From Eledone cirrhosa (taxonomy: Eukaryota), in the NCBI GenBank assembly GCA_964016885.1, contig OZ024753.1:31806001-31870000 (forward strand): a stretch of DNA of 64,000 bases, read 5' to 3'. Under the pieces are notes generated by a model that saw only the letters and a program-made list of their open reading frames with translations, was not told where the DNA came from and made no database searches. The position numbers and the translations under genes were made by a program. Below, piece by piece: positions 26,389-43,849 of the stretch (its first letter is position 1; every line of letters begins with the position of its first letter).

Positions 26389-27961
26389 AATGTATAGGTG
26401 GGTAGCTGCATGAGTGTGTAGGTGTGTGTGTTAGGGAGTAGGTGGGTAGGTGAATGGAGGGTATACGGGTGAGTGAGTGGGTGCGTTAGTGAGTAGGTGA
26501 TTTTCAATGCTTTGCAAGAGTTAGATAAATTGTCATGTTCTGTGGCCTGATAAGTCAGGAGTGCACAGCCTGCTCAGACACTTCCGTTTTTGATTCGGTC
26601 TCTACAGTTGGATGCCCTTCCTAACACTAATTATTTTATAGCGTGTGTTAATGAATAGGTGGGTGAATGGAGGGTATACGGGTGAGTGAGAGGGTGTGTT
26701 AGGGAGTAGCTGTGTAAATATATTAGTGTGACAGTGGGGGAGTGGGGATGTGAGTGGGTGGGTTTGTGAGTGAGTAATTGGGTGAGTGTGTGTGTGTGTA
26801 TGTGATAGTGAGTAAGTGTGGGGGTGTTAGTGAGAGAGTGATTGCATGTTTCAAGTTGTGGAACCATGTTATCAGTGTTATTAATAACACTGATAATACG
26901 AACATCACTATTCCCAAAATCGATACTTCCCAACTGTATTCAATATATCAGATGTAGAAATGTATTGGTAAGCAAAACAAACCTGTTAATTTATTGATTG
27001 CGTAACGAACTTAATCAAAAACTATGAAAATTTCATTTGAAACCGGAATTGGTGTAGCTTAATTCTTAAAATACCAATATGTTTTAGTTCGAAGGTCGAT
27101 ACTTTTAGGAAACAATAGATTAATAAATATTGAGGTTCGTGTGGTGAATTTCGTGACGGGGTTGTGAGAGGGTAGAACTATGTGACTTGCGGTCTTTGTT
27201 CCAGTTCTCTGTATTCTTTGTTCAAATCTCGTCGAGGTCAAATTTATCTTTTATCCTTTCGGGGTGGATACAATCAAGTACCTGTCGAGAACGCTAATTG
27301 GTGGCAAATTTGTTAGAACATAAGATGCGATGGCTTGCGTATTTGTTCTGGCTCTTTGCGATCTGAGTTCAAATTCCACCGAGGTCGAGTTTGCTTTTTA
27401 TCCTTTAGTCGAGAGCGGTGGCTCGGGTGGAAACATTAGAGCCCCAGACGAGATGATATGCGATATTTCACTTTGCTCCAGTTCACTTAACTGGCAAAAA
27501 TCAGATGTACCTGTAATTCACTTGACCAACATTGTCACATACTGTGTAACACTGAACCTCACTGAGAACTACGCTATGGGTACATGTATCTGTGGAATAC
27601 TCAGCCACTTGCACGTTGTTTTCACAACAGCAACCCCAATCTGCTTCAAGCCGCATCTTTGCCTCTATAGCTACATTAGGTAGATATAACGTAGAGGTGG
27701 CGAAGTTTTCGACAACGGAAACTAAGCATTCATGTAGTAGGTTCTAAATAAGATGAATAAAACTAAAGCTAAAACATTTGAAGAATATGTTGTATTGCTC
27801 ACATAAAATTTCCTTTCATAGCTTTTATGCATGTCAAGAAACAAAGCCAAAAAATTAATTTTTCAAGAAACAAGGGAAACAGTGTCAAAACTTAATGGAA
27901 AAGATGTAATTAGTTATTTTGTGGGAAAGATGAAAAACAGTAGTTCCTATAGGCATTGTTT

Positions 27962-28002
<41 letters not shown>

Positions 28003-28731
28003 TTTCTCTCTCTTAGAGAAAGCTCTGGTTTCTTTAATGAATGGACAAAACTGGCTGATTTATAGTTGGACAATAAAATAACATTTTATTCCATTTGTTC
28101 CAACGAGATCAATTCCATCAACGCGATATACACAACATCAAATCACATGTGAAACCTTTGTTTTGTTTTGTTGTTGTTTTTCTTTCTTTTTTCCTCCTTT
28201 CTCGAATTAGCAGAGTCGTTAGAATGTCAGATAGAATGCTTTGTAGTATCCGTTCACGCTCTCTGCTCTCTGAGTTCCAATCCCGCTGGGGTCCTCTTTG
28301 TCTTTCATCATTTAGAAGTCGATAAAAAGAAGAACCAGTCGAGGACTGGGAATGATTCTACGATTCTTCCTCTCTATCTCTTTCTCACATTCTCCCTCTC
28401 TCTCTCTTTCTCACATTCTCCCTCTCTCTCCTTCTCTCTCTCCGCCTCTCTCTCCGCCTCTCTTTCTTCCTCCCCCTCTCTCTCTCTCTCTACTCATATA
28501 CACACACAAACAGACGTACAATCGTATATGTGTATATGTATATATATATATATATATATAGTACCTTTGAAGAGAATTGTATTCTTTCCACATCCATTAC
28601 GTCAGCAATATTCCAGTGAAAATGTGTTGAGATGACATTACCATTTATGGATAATAGAGAATACGATGTCTTCGAGAAAATTTATAATTTGTAGTAATCA
28701 CTGGGTGTTTGAATTTACTGTATGTGTGTGC

Positions 28732-28771
<40 letters not shown>

Positions 28772-28926
28772 TGATATATATTTGCTTATATATATTTGCA
28801 TGCATGCATAAGTTAATATATGCATGCTTTGATCCATAACTATATGTACATTCATACGTATAAGTATATATATATTTATATAATGTGTGTGTGTTTATAT
28901 ATGTATATATATATATATATATATAA

Positions 28927-29009
<83 letters not shown>

Positions 29010-29041
29010 ATGTGTGTGTGTGTGTGTATATATATATATAA

Positions 29042-29082
<41 letters not shown>

Positions 29083-29491
29083 ATGTATATATATATATTA
29101 TACCTGTGAGTGGGAATGAGTTTTCTACAAATGTGGAGGTGTATTCCAATATATATTATATAGATAAATAGCTGTAAAAGAGATCTAGTGTAAAAGTGTG
29201 TGCACATGTCAACTTTTAATAGAAACTCCATTATAGAAACCATCATTCTGGTGTTTCGTGCTAAATATAAGAGAACAGAACAATGATCTTTAATTATGTA
29301 AGAATACCAACTGAAAAATAAATTACACCATTGTATACTTTCTTTATATGTGTAGAGTATATGTATAAATGCGTGTGTATTTGTGTATGATATGTATGTA
29401 CATATATATATATATATATATACAAATATATATATATATATATATATATGATGCAATCTTTATAAATATATATATAATGTAGATATATATG

Positions 29492-29529
<38 letters not shown>

Positions 29530-29709
29530 TATTTATTTATTTATTTATTTATTAAAATAACAGATTAAAATTTAAGCAAAGAATCGCTGCTTTCACCCTT
29601 AACGGGATCTTCTGAAACTAAATATATATATATATATATATATGGATTACCTATAACGATAACTTGTTATCCCTTATATATATACATACATTTATATTTA
29701 TATATTTAC

Positions 29710-29782
<73 letters not shown>

Positions 29783-30315
29783 AAGATTGCATCATATTTT
29801 CAGCTGACTGTATATATATATATGTGTGTGTTTGTGTATGTGTGTGTGAAGAATTTAAGTTAAGCCTACTCTATACTAAAAAAGTGAAGTGTGACGTATA
29901 AACCCTTCTTTCTTTTATTGTTTCCTACATAGAAATACATAAAGGAATAATCCTTATGTGTACGAAGAATTATTAATATAGCAACGCTTTATATCTCATG
30001 GACGATATTTCTTTGGAAGTCCCGAGGCTCCTAATGGAGTCGTATGGGTCCCATGTTGACATTTTACATTTCTTGGGTATTTAAAGCCTGGCAAGGCCCA
30101 TCCCTCTACAGGCCTGAACACTGCAGATTTCTTCCAGAGAATGATTGATACTGAGAGAAAGTGAGGAAGGGATATAGAATACGAATCGATCCCTGGACTG
30201 GATTGGTATATTTTTTTTATCGACAACGTAAGGACGAAAGGCAAAGTTGACACCAGTGGGATTTGAACTCAGAGAGAAGAAAGCAGAAAGGAAAAATAAA
30301 ATAACCAAAATGATG

Positions 30316-30354
<39 letters not shown>

Positions 30355-30907
30355 GTATATGTATATATATGTATGTATATACATATATATATATATATGT
30401 AAATATGATAATAATGGAGCTGCGGCGTTGCAAATGGGTTACATATGAAAAAGTAAGTCCTTCATCAGTGACCCTCCAACCGTCCTAGGCATTTCATCGC
30501 TTTAAGGGCCATGTACCTCAGGTTGGTGCGAACAACGGTTAAAAAAGTCGTTGGGACACGTAAATAAAGGGGACGTTAGGGTGAACAAACAAAATGGTTT
30601 AAGCAACAGAAAGTGAGAAGAAATATATATATATATATATATATATGTGTATATATATATGTGTGTGTATATATATGTATATATATATGTATGTGTATAT
30701 ATATATATATATACGAAAAGAGAAAGCACAGGTAAGCATTAAGAGAAGGATTTTATCCAGGTATTTACGACCGTTTCATTGGTAAGTGCAACCTTACATT
30801 GCTATACTGCAAATAGCAGCCACTCAATTATAATTGTTGTTCATCCATGAAACTGGCTTTCTTAACCAAGAACTTGATCACAATAAGAAATTTTCGCTTC
30901 CTTAACT

Positions 30908-34312
<3,405 letters not shown>

Positions 34313-34516
34313 TACTCATTATTAATACATATGAATTCAATATACAAACTTTAACTTCACATTATTTTTCTCAAATCCTTCTACACATAAACCTTAACAT
34401 TTTTCTCTTTGCTAATTTTGAAATTGCCACAATACATACATTTCTTCTTTTGACGTTAGAATATTCACCCACAATTATTTTTTTTTTTTTTTCTGTCTAT
34501 CTTCATACATAATTTC

Positions 34517-34925
34517 CCTTCGTTAATTTTCAAATTCCTTTAATTTATACATTATCTTCCAACGGTTCCCAACCTCTCTATATTAAAACATTATATCTTT
34601 TTCTCAGTTATAAAAACTATCTCTTTCTCTCTATCACCCATCTCTCCCTTTCCACCTTCACTCTCATCTCCTCCCCCTTTTTTTCATCCTTTCCACCCCC
34701 CCTCCCTAAATAAAATATTTTTTCCTCGCACACATCCTCCCTTCGTTAATTTTCAAAATTTTTAATTTATACAGTATCTTCCAACGGTTTTCAACCCCTC
34801 TATATAAAATATATCTCCTCTCAGTTATAAAAACTATCTCTTTTTCTCTATCACCCATCTCTCCCTCTCATCTCCTTCCCTTTTCATCCTTTCCCCCCCC
34901 CCCTCTCTAAATAAAATCTTTTTCC
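34517..34925. repeat. ~220-bp tandem duplication
   Basis: ccttcgttaattttcaaa at 34517 and 34740. Confidence 0.8.
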
Positions 34926-34957
34926 CAATATCACACATCAATCTAAAACCACTTTTC

Positions 34958-35215
34958 ATATGTTGATTTAAAACTGCACTATCAACAAGTGTTTTTTAGC
35001 CTTCATATCATGTTCTCCTGTTTTATCTGATGAAAACACAAATATTATTGTTTGATGATGTTTGTTTTTGAAATGCGCATAATAAAATATATGGAACTCC
35101 TTTAACCATCTTTTGATCTTATATTATGCATACTCCAGTCCCACAAACTGTAGAGTGCTTCTTATCCGATATCTGCATTGCTTTATTGTACTACAATAAA
35201 ACTCACCTCCTACAT
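34958..35215 (+). mobile_element. Family A pLTR, complete sense copy with tail
   Basis: Near-identical to 41569-41826, ending cctcctaca followed by TA-rich repeat. Confidence 0.8.
35021..35087 (+). ncRNA. Hammerhead ribozyme, family A
   Basis: ttttat-CTGATGA-aaacacaaat...gtttgttttt-GAAA-tgcgca-TA-ataaaa. Confidence 0.85.
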
Positions 35216-35240
35216 TATAGGTATATATATATATATATAT

Positions 35241-35271
<31 letters not shown>

Positions 35272-35286
35272 GGTATATATATATAT

Positions 35287-35389
<103 letters not shown>

Positions 35390-36174
35390 GGTATATATAT
35401 ATTAATTAGTTAAGTAAAAAAAGACCACAAACTTCACAGGGAGGACATTATTAAAAGATTGTCAACATATTTTAATAATGTCTTGCTTATGAAGTTTGTG
35501 GTCTTGTTTTGCTTAACTAATGAATATTTCCAGCTCTGCGCACCTAACTTCTGCATAAACCCAGCCACATAGCTGCTTTCTACTGCATATTGCACATTGA
35601 GCACATGCCTTTACGCTTTGGCTTCTAACTAACTCACCAATCTCTCCTCTCATATCTCCTCTCCTATCTCCATCTCTCTCTTTAAGATTGGTTACTCTTG
35701 AACTGTGTATATATATATATATATATACATTATATATATATATATATATAGGTATATATGTATATATATACATATATATCTATATATGTGTATGTATATG
35801 TATATATACATATATAGGTATATATGTATATATATACATATATATCTATATATATGTATGTACATGTATATATATATACATATATAGGTATAAATGTATA
35901 TATATACCTATATATCTATATGTATGTATATGTATATATATATACATATATAGGTATATATGTATATATATACCTATATATCTATATATATGTATGTATA
36001 TGAATATATATATATACATATATAGGTATGTATGTATATATATATGTATGTATATGTATATATATATATGTATATATATATATGTGTGTGTGTATGTATA
36101 TATATGTATATATATATATATGTGTGTGTATGTATATATATGTATATGTGTGTGTGTTTATGTATATATATGTA

Positions 36175-36236
<62 letters not shown>

Positions 36237-36298
36237 CGTATGTATATATATGTATGCATATATATATATGAGTCTGTATATGTGTATATATATATATA

Positions 36299-36382
<84 letters not shown>

Positions 36383-36679
36383 CACACACATATAATCTTT
36401 TTCGTCTTATGAAATCAGCCTGCTGTGTGGTGGCGATCGCAGGCGTGAGACGAGTGCATGATAAACAATGTAAGCCATATTACAAATGCTCACTAACACT
36501 TTCCAAATGTTATTTGATGATTGTGTTTCTGGGAGATTTACAAATCGTTAGGTCGCCTTATCAGTGGGCTTTCTCATATTTATTTAGCAGCAACCAGGAA
36601 TAACTAGGAATGCAGAAAGCTTTGCTTGGTAATTGAAAAAAAAAAATAACAACTACAATAGCAGCAATACCAGCAATAA

Positions 36680-37028
36680 CGGTGGTGGTTGTTGTAGTAG
36701 TAGTAGTAGTGGTGGTGGTGGTGTTAGTAGTAGTAGTAGTGGTAGTGGTAGTAGTAGTGGTGGTGGTAGTAGTGGTGGTGGTAGTAGTAGTAGTGGTAGT
36801 AGTAGTGGTGGTAGTAATAGTAGTAGTGGTAGTGGTAGTGGTAGTAGTAGTAGTGGTGGTTGTGGTAGTAGTAGTGGTGGTAGTAGTGGTGGTGGTAGTG
36901 GTAGTGTAGTAGTAGTGGTGGTAGTAGTAGTAGTGATAGTGGTAGTGGTAGTAGTAGTGGTAGTAGTAGGAGTGGAGGTAGTAGTGGTGGTTGTGGTAGT
37001 AGTAGTAGTAGTAGTAGTGGTAGTAGTA

Positions 37029-37060
<32 letters not shown>
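36680..37060. repeat. (GTA/GGT)n trinucleotide tract
   Basis: Direct inspection. Confidence 0.95.
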
Positions 37061-37162
37061 TCTTGAGGAGTTTGCCACGAAATGACAAGGGAAGAAGACA
37101 TCTAAGGATTGCAAAGTAATCAAATAGCAAGTCATATATATATATATAGTGAGTGTATATAT

Positions 37163-37193
<31 letters not shown>

Positions 37194-38059
37194 GTATCTA
37201 TGTATATATAGGTATTATAAATATAGAAACATATATATATATATACCAAGGCATGTACATATAGATGTGTATGTTTGTGTGCATGCGTGTGCGTGCCTGT
37301 TTGCGTATGTAGTACATCTCTTTTTCCTCATTTTCTCCGAGATGCATTTACAATTCAAAGAGTATTGTAAAGCTTCTGGAAACGCTCACTTGATGCTTTC
37401 CTGTCAACACACCTGCTGGAACGATACTTTCTCACCTTACATTGTTGGTAATATGCAACACATCTTCCTGTCCACACGTGTTTCAACAGCCTTTTTCTAG
37501 ATACATGCTGTGCACTGGAAAGTATTTTGACATCACATCCGAGATATATGTAATCACCAAGTTGCATCCTATCAGTGCCAGCATTTGATAGTACACTTTA
37601 CGTGCTAGAAATAGCTGTTATATTTGCATTAAATTACGCGCTATCATCATAGATAAGGGAAACATTTGTCGATCTTTTTTATTGATTTTTCCGAATGAGT
37701 GTTTGTGCTGGGTGAGTCGAAGTTTGAACTTGCTTCAAGTTGAACTTATTTACTGTCTGAAGAACCTGTGGTTAACTTTGTTCTGTAGATTTTGTCTTTG
37801 TTTAATCATTTCTTGTTAAATGGGAAATTATCTACGATTCGGTACTTGCATGGTTTTAGGTTGGGGTTTGTGTGGTGGATGTATAGTTTTCTGTGGTTGA
37901 TAGCATTTGGAGAAAGTTTGGAGTTGACTTTGGGTGAGTTTGTGTTAAATCGTCAGTGTTGTTTCTGACTAATACATATACAACAATCCATCAAAAAGCC
38001 TTTGCATTGTCACACGATACGCACGATATACTAGAAATAGACGCCAAATGTCCTTCGAA

Positions 38060-38556
38060 TCACACCTTGTCGTTTTACTCTGAACGCCTCGCTTCTCTGG
38101 GCATGGATACATTGAAGCTCCGACGTCTGGCAACTGACTTGGTAAACACCCACAAAATCATTAACCTTCTTGCCAACAACAACCCTGAGTACCTTTTTGA
38201 TTTCCATGTGTCTAACACACGTGGGCATGCCTACAAAGTCATAAAACAGCACAACTCCCATGACTTTCGGAAACATTTTTTCACGCTCAGAGTTGCTGAA
38301 GTATGGAACAAACTACCTGCATCAGTTATTAGCTGTCGAGACACCGCATCCTTTAAAACCTCCATGCTTCCTGAGATTCGCCAACACTACACCTGATGTC
38401 CCCCTTCCATACACATGCACACATGTATATCATGACTCGTACACTGTTCTTTTTCCTGACATTTGTACATTACTCTATGTACTATACAGGCACCTTTGAT
38501 GAGTTGTAGTGCACCTGAGCACTGTACACAATATTTTCATTATTATTATTATTATA
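38060..38556 (+). mobile_element. CR1-like LINE 3' end with (ATT)n tail
   Basis: YSERLASLGMDTLKLRRL..DL...TRGHAYK...RKHFFTLRVAEVWNKLP, stop codon, 3' UTR, attattatt tail. Confidence 0.85.
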
Positions 38557-38589
38557 TTATCCTTATTAAAGAAGAAAAAGACATATCGA

Positions 38590-38780
38590 GGGCAGTGGAT
38601 TCGCAAAATCGTTAGAACGTCGGATAAAATACATTGCACCATTTAGTTATCTCCCGTTGCGTATAGTGTTCAAATCCCGCCGAGGTCAACTTTGCTTTTC
38701 ATTCTTTCGGGGTCGATAAAATAAGGTCCCAATAGAGAACTGGGGTCGAATTGCTGGACTTGTACCTAAATTTAAAATCT
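38590..38780 (+). mobile_element. Older SINE family 1-related copy (similar degenerate copies near 24890, 27200, 27350, 28200, 30190(-), 42550, 52262(-))
   Basis: gttcaaatcccgccgaggtcaactttgcttttcattctttcggggtcgataaaa core. Confidence 0.7.
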
Positions 38781-39029
38781 GTATTTACATGTCCGTTGCA
38801 TAATCACATTTAAACAACAACGACAACAATATAAACAACTATCAGGTTGTGGAACCAACCAACCAACCAGAAATTTATAAATTTATTATAATAAATTGAA
38901 GTGAAAGCAACTGGTGCGTGTGTTTCTTATTGGCAACATGACCCTCCCAAAGTATAACGACAACAATATACATATGTTGGTATTAACCTAATCATCTCTT
39001 GTAGACATTACAAAATTCTAATTCTAATA

Positions 39030-39421
39030 ATTTTTTCTGCTTTTGGCACAAGGCCAGCAATTACCCAGTGCATTACTGGTACTTTATTTTATGGACCCCG
39101 TAAGGATGAAAGGCAAAGTTAACCTCGACGGGATTTGAACTCAGTTCATAAAGTGCCGTAACTCTATGCGTCAAAGCATGGCGTCCGACCCTCTACCGAT
39201 ACTGCCAATCCACCAATAATGTTTGTGATAATCAGGCGGTGGATTGGCAGTATCGGTAGAGGGTCGGACGCCATGCTTTGACGCATAGAGTTACGGCACT
39301 TTATGAACTGAGTTCAAATCCCGTCGAGGTTAACTTTGCCTTTCATCCTTACGGGGTCGATAAAATAAAGTACCAGTAATGAACTGGGTTATTGCTGGCC
39401 TTGTGCCTAAAGTAGAAACAA
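39030..39421. mobile_element. Head-to-head inverted pair of SINE family 1
   Basis: 39030-39214 (-) and 39235-39421 (+), separated by a ~20-nt spacer. Confidence 0.9.
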
Positions 39422-39572
39422 ATAATGTTTGTGATAATCAGCCATTCTAGCTTTAGTCATCATCATCATGTTCGTCAAATATGCCACCACCACCACCATA
39501 AAAATACATTAACAGAAACACATTCATTCTCTCACAGCATACATATATGTAGACAACAGTACACACACACAC

Positions 39573-39612
<40 letters not shown>

Positions 39613-39728
39613 TTAGATATATGTATGTATATATATATATTTAGATATATGTATGTGTATATATATATATGTATATATATATATATTTAGATATGTGTAT
39701 ATATATATATGTATATATATATATTTAG

Positions 39729-39790
<62 letters not shown>

Positions 39791-39871
39791 TTAGATATAT
39801 GTATGCGTATATATATGTATGCGTATATACAATATATTAACAAATGGAAACTATATTTATAAAACCATATT

Positions 39872-39937
39872 TATTTCATTATACATATTTCAAGGGCTAC
39901 CAGAGCAAACTATGGTGCACTTTCATCAGATAAAATA
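39872..39937 (-). ncRNA. Hammerhead ribozyme, family C, left arm of long inverted repeat
   Basis: Minus strand: tattttat-CTGATGA-aagtgcacca...tggtagccctt-GAAA-tatgta-TA-atgaaata. Confidence 0.75.
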
Positions 39938-40515
39938 TAATATAGGTTAGTTTTATAAATAAATATTGACATACCCTTAAATAATGCAACTATTCTGGTT
40001 GAAATCTCCTGGATAGTGGAGTTATTAGATTTACTGTTGGTTTATTATGCAAATTAGTGTTGGAAAGGTTTAAAAATAGTATATTTAAATTAAGCCGTTG
40101 GAATAGGGAAAAAAAGAGAAAAGAAAGAGAAAAAAACGAAAGAAAGAAAGATAGAAAACTGAGTATATTTTAGTGAGAGAGAATAGCGTAATTTTGAGAG
40201 AAGAGGCGAAGAAATAAATAAAATATAACTCTCACTAAAATATACTCAGGTTTCTATCTTTCTTTCGTTTTTGTTCTTTTTTTTTCTCTTTCTTTCTTTC
40301 TCTTTTTTTCTCTTTCTTTCTTTCACTTTCTTTTCTCTTTTTTTCCCTATTCCAACGGCTTAATTTAAATATACTATTTTTAAACCTTTCCAACACTAAT
40401 TTGCATAATAAACCAACAGTAAATCTAATAACTCCACTATCCTGGAGATTTCAACCAGAATGGTTGCATTTTTTAAGGGTATGTCAATATTTATTTATAA
40501 AACTAATCTATATTA

Positions 40516-40581
40516 TATTTTATCTGATGAAAGCGCACCATAGTTTGCTCTGGTGGCCCTTGAAATATGTATAATGAAATA
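40516..40581 (+). ncRNA. Hammerhead ribozyme, family C, right arm
   Basis: tattttat-CTGATGA-aagcgcacca...tggtggccctt-GAAA-tatgta-TA-atgaaata. Confidence 0.75.
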
Positions 40582-41046
40582 AATATGGTTTTATAAATAT
40601 AGTTTCCATTTGTTAATATATTGTATATTTACTCCAATAATTTGTTGAGTGCTTTATATCAGTTATAAAAATATTTTGCTTGTTGTATCCCAAGAAATTA
40701 AATATAACCTCTACATATATATATATATATTTATATATATATAAATATACATTTAAATACATGTATGTGTGTATATATATATATATATATGTGTGTGTAT
40801 ATATATATTTATATATATGTATGTGTGTATATATATATTTATATATATACACACACACATTTAAATATATGTATGTGCATATATGTATGTGTGTATGTAT
40901 GTGTGTGTGTGTATATACACACACATTTAAATATATTTATATATATATATATATATACACACATTTAGAAATATGTATATATAAACAACACACACACACA
41001 TATATATATATACACACATTTAAATATATGTATGTATATATAAACA

Positions 41047-41077
<31 letters not shown>

Positions 41078-41113
41078 CACACACATTTAAATATATGTAT
41101 GTATATATAAACA

Positions 41114-41150
<37 letters not shown>

Positions 41151-41434
41151 CAGTACATACATTTCACAATTAACAGACTATAATGAAATTGTAATTACAA
41201 GATTAATTAACATTGGTGCCAAAATAAGCAGAACATAACTATTATGTGGTGTCTACAGATGGATTTAATTAGAGCAGAGAGTTCTTGTCTGTGGTGGTGT
41301 GGTGAGGGATGGTGTAGTTGTTGTAGTATTGGTGTTTGTTGTGATAAGATTGTAGTGGTTATAGTAACTAATATATACATATATATATATATATATAATA
41401 TATAATATCAAAAGATGGTTAAATGAGTTCCATG

Positions 41435-41505
41435 TATTTTATTATGCGCATTTCAAAAACAAATATCATCATGCAATAACATTTGTGTTTTCATCAGATA
41501 AAATA
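41435..41505 (-). ncRNA. Hammerhead ribozyme, family A, left arm of palindrome
   Basis: Reverse complement of the 41629-41699 motif with one substitution. Confidence 0.85.
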
Positions 41506-41628
41506 TGAGGACATGATATGAAGGTTAAAAACACTTGTGGATAGTGCAGTTTTAAATCAACATATCATATATGTTGATTTAAAACTGCACTATCCACAAG
41601 TGTTTTTAACCTTCATATCATGTCCTCA

Positions 41629-41699
41629 TATTTTATCTGATGAAAACACAAATGTCATTGCATGATGATATTTGTTTTTGAAATGCGCATAATAAAATA
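41629..41699 (+). ncRNA. Hammerhead ribozyme, family A, right arm of palindrome
   Basis: tattttat-CTGATGA-aaacacaaatgtcattg/catgatgatatttgttttt-GAAA-tgcgca-TA-ataaaata. Confidence 0.88.
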
Positions 41700-41822
41700 C
41701 ATGGAACTCATTTAACCATCTTTTGATATTATATATTATGTATACTCCAGTCCTACAAACTGTAGAGTGCTTCTTATCCGATATCTGCATTGCTTTATTG
41801 TACTACAATAAAACTCACCTCC

Positions 41823-41907
<85 letters not shown>

Positions 41908-41910
<3 letters not shown>

Positions 41911-42170
41911 CAAAGAGATATTTAATTTGTTGGTTATTCAACAAATTTATTTATAACAGATTCAAACCACTCTACAGATTTTCTGGAGTATAATATCAAT
42001 GATATTAATAAATGGAAACTATATTTATAAAACCATATTTATTTTATTATATATATTTCAAGGGTACCCAAATTTTGGTACGCTCTCATCAGATAAAATA
42101 CAAAATGTGTTTTATAAATGGTCACATACCCAAGAAACCAGACTTTATCGGTTCAGGTTAAGTTTAGATA
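41908..42170 (-). mobile_element. Family C pLTR copy with tail
   Basis: Homologous to 21315-21460 and 39826-39970; abuts (TA)n. Confidence 0.65.
42040..42100 (-). ncRNA. Hammerhead ribozyme, family C
   Basis: Minus strand: tattttat-CTGATGA-gagcgtacc(aaaatttg)ggtaccctt-GAAA-tatata-TA-ataaaata. Confidence 0.85.
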
Positions 42171-42176
42171 GTATAT

Positions 42177-42406
42177 AATAATAATGAAATTATTGTGTAA
42201 AGTGCTCAGGTGCACTACAACTCGTCAAAGGTGTATGTATAGTACATAGAATAATACACAAATGTCAGGGAAGTGAATAGTGTATGAGTATACATGTGTG
42301 TATGTGTATGAAGGGGGAACATTAGCTGTAGTGTTGGCGGATCTCGGGAAGCATGGAGGCCTCAAAGGATGCAGTGTCTCGACAGCTAACAACTGATGCA
42401 GGTGGT
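42177..42406 (-). mobile_element. Fragment of the same CR1-like 3' end
   Basis: Reverse complement of ~38313-38545. Confidence 0.8.
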
Positions 42407-42407
42407 T

Positions 42408-42444
<37 letters not shown>

Positions 42445-42514
42445 GTGTGTGTGTATTTCAAGGGCAGTGCCCCAGCATGGCCTCAGCCGGATGGCTGGAA
42501 CAGGTAAAAGAGTA

Positions 42515-42545
<31 letters not shown>

Positions 42546-42953
42546 GAAGTGGGGAGGTGGTAAATTTGGCAGAATAACAAGAAAGTTTGATAGAATGCTT
42601 TGCAATATTCGATCAGGCACTCTGCGCTCAGAGTTCAAATTGCGGTAATGTTCACTTTGCCTTTGATCTTTTTGAGGTCGATACAAAAAGTACCAGTCAA
42701 GTACTGGGGTTAATTCTTCCTCTATATCTCTTAGTCATTTCCTTTCACTATCAACCACTCTCCTTCTCTAAAAGAAGTCGGTTATGTTCAAACCTAGAGA
42801 GAGGATCAGCTCCCCCAATTTTAAGATACCCATAACACACTATATATATATATATAGATCCCCAAGGTTGGGGAACTATACGAGTAAACCTGGCTTATTT
42901 AAGTCGGTCGAGCTTATATCTCCCCCAATCAGGATTTGGGGTGAAATATAATA

Positions 42954-42998
<45 letters not shown>

Positions 42999-43849
42999 TA
43001 GTTAGTGCTACTGCTAATTAATCCGGGCCAGTCAACCTCACATTATATGCATATGACCATCCGCTGCCAATATTTCATACACAAAATGTCAATCAGCAAA
43101 AGCTAATTCTTGTCTCAGTACCGAATGAGTAAGCATCACCGGTGAGGGATAAAAATCCAGAAACGCATGTCTGGTGTTCTTACATGGCTACTGAGATAGC
43201 TGTGGCATGATCATAGCTTAAAATACTCATAGCGAGACTCTTGTACGTTTATTATACATAAACATATTGTATCTGTCTTCATATACACCTTTTATATATA
43301 TATGTACATGTGTGTGTGTTGTGTGTGGTATCTATGAATGTAGGGCACGCACAGACACACAGACACATGAAGTGTGTGTGTGTGTGAGAGAGATAGAAAG
43401 AGTGTGATGGAGGGTTGTCTACTCTGAATGTTTTATATCATAAACATCGTCTATATTAGCACTGTGGCACAAGGGAAATAACTCTTTTCCCAGCTTATTC
43501 ATACAGGCGTTAAAACATGAACTAGTCATGAAACTACTAAGATTATGTGGCAGAAATACTTGCTTAACATATTTGATATACTTTTGTTTGGGAATGGCAT
43601 GAGTGCCACATCTTCACCTTTCAGTTTCTACTTACTAATCATTTTAAATGTATAGTCCTACACGAGATTTACACATAGACTCACTTAGAAAAACATTCGA
43701 CTCACTTAATAAATAGAGGTACACACCGGATTTTCTGGCCCCAAATGGTTGTAGACCCATGCCGAATTATATACTTTTCCGGACTAACAGAGATGATTTA
43801 ATAATATTTCAGAATATTATTTCAGGAGGCCAAAAAAATATTCGCGTTT

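Larger units (their letters stand above)
39826..40714. mobile_element. Family C pLTR long asymmetric inverted repeat (~350-bp arms, ~50-nt spacer, ~88-nt tail on the right)
   Basis: 39826-40179 is the reverse complement of ~40229-40626. Confidence 0.85.
41395..41826. mobile_element. Family A pLTR near-perfect palindrome (~170-bp arms, 3-nt spacer) plus ~87-nt tail
   Basis: aacatat-cat-atatgtt centre at 41566-41568; (TA)n on both sides. Confidence 0.9.

Noticed and set aside
30415-30475. CTGATGA on the minus strand in a TA-flanked island
   Set aside because: No GAAA or stem III in the right position; at best a decayed motif
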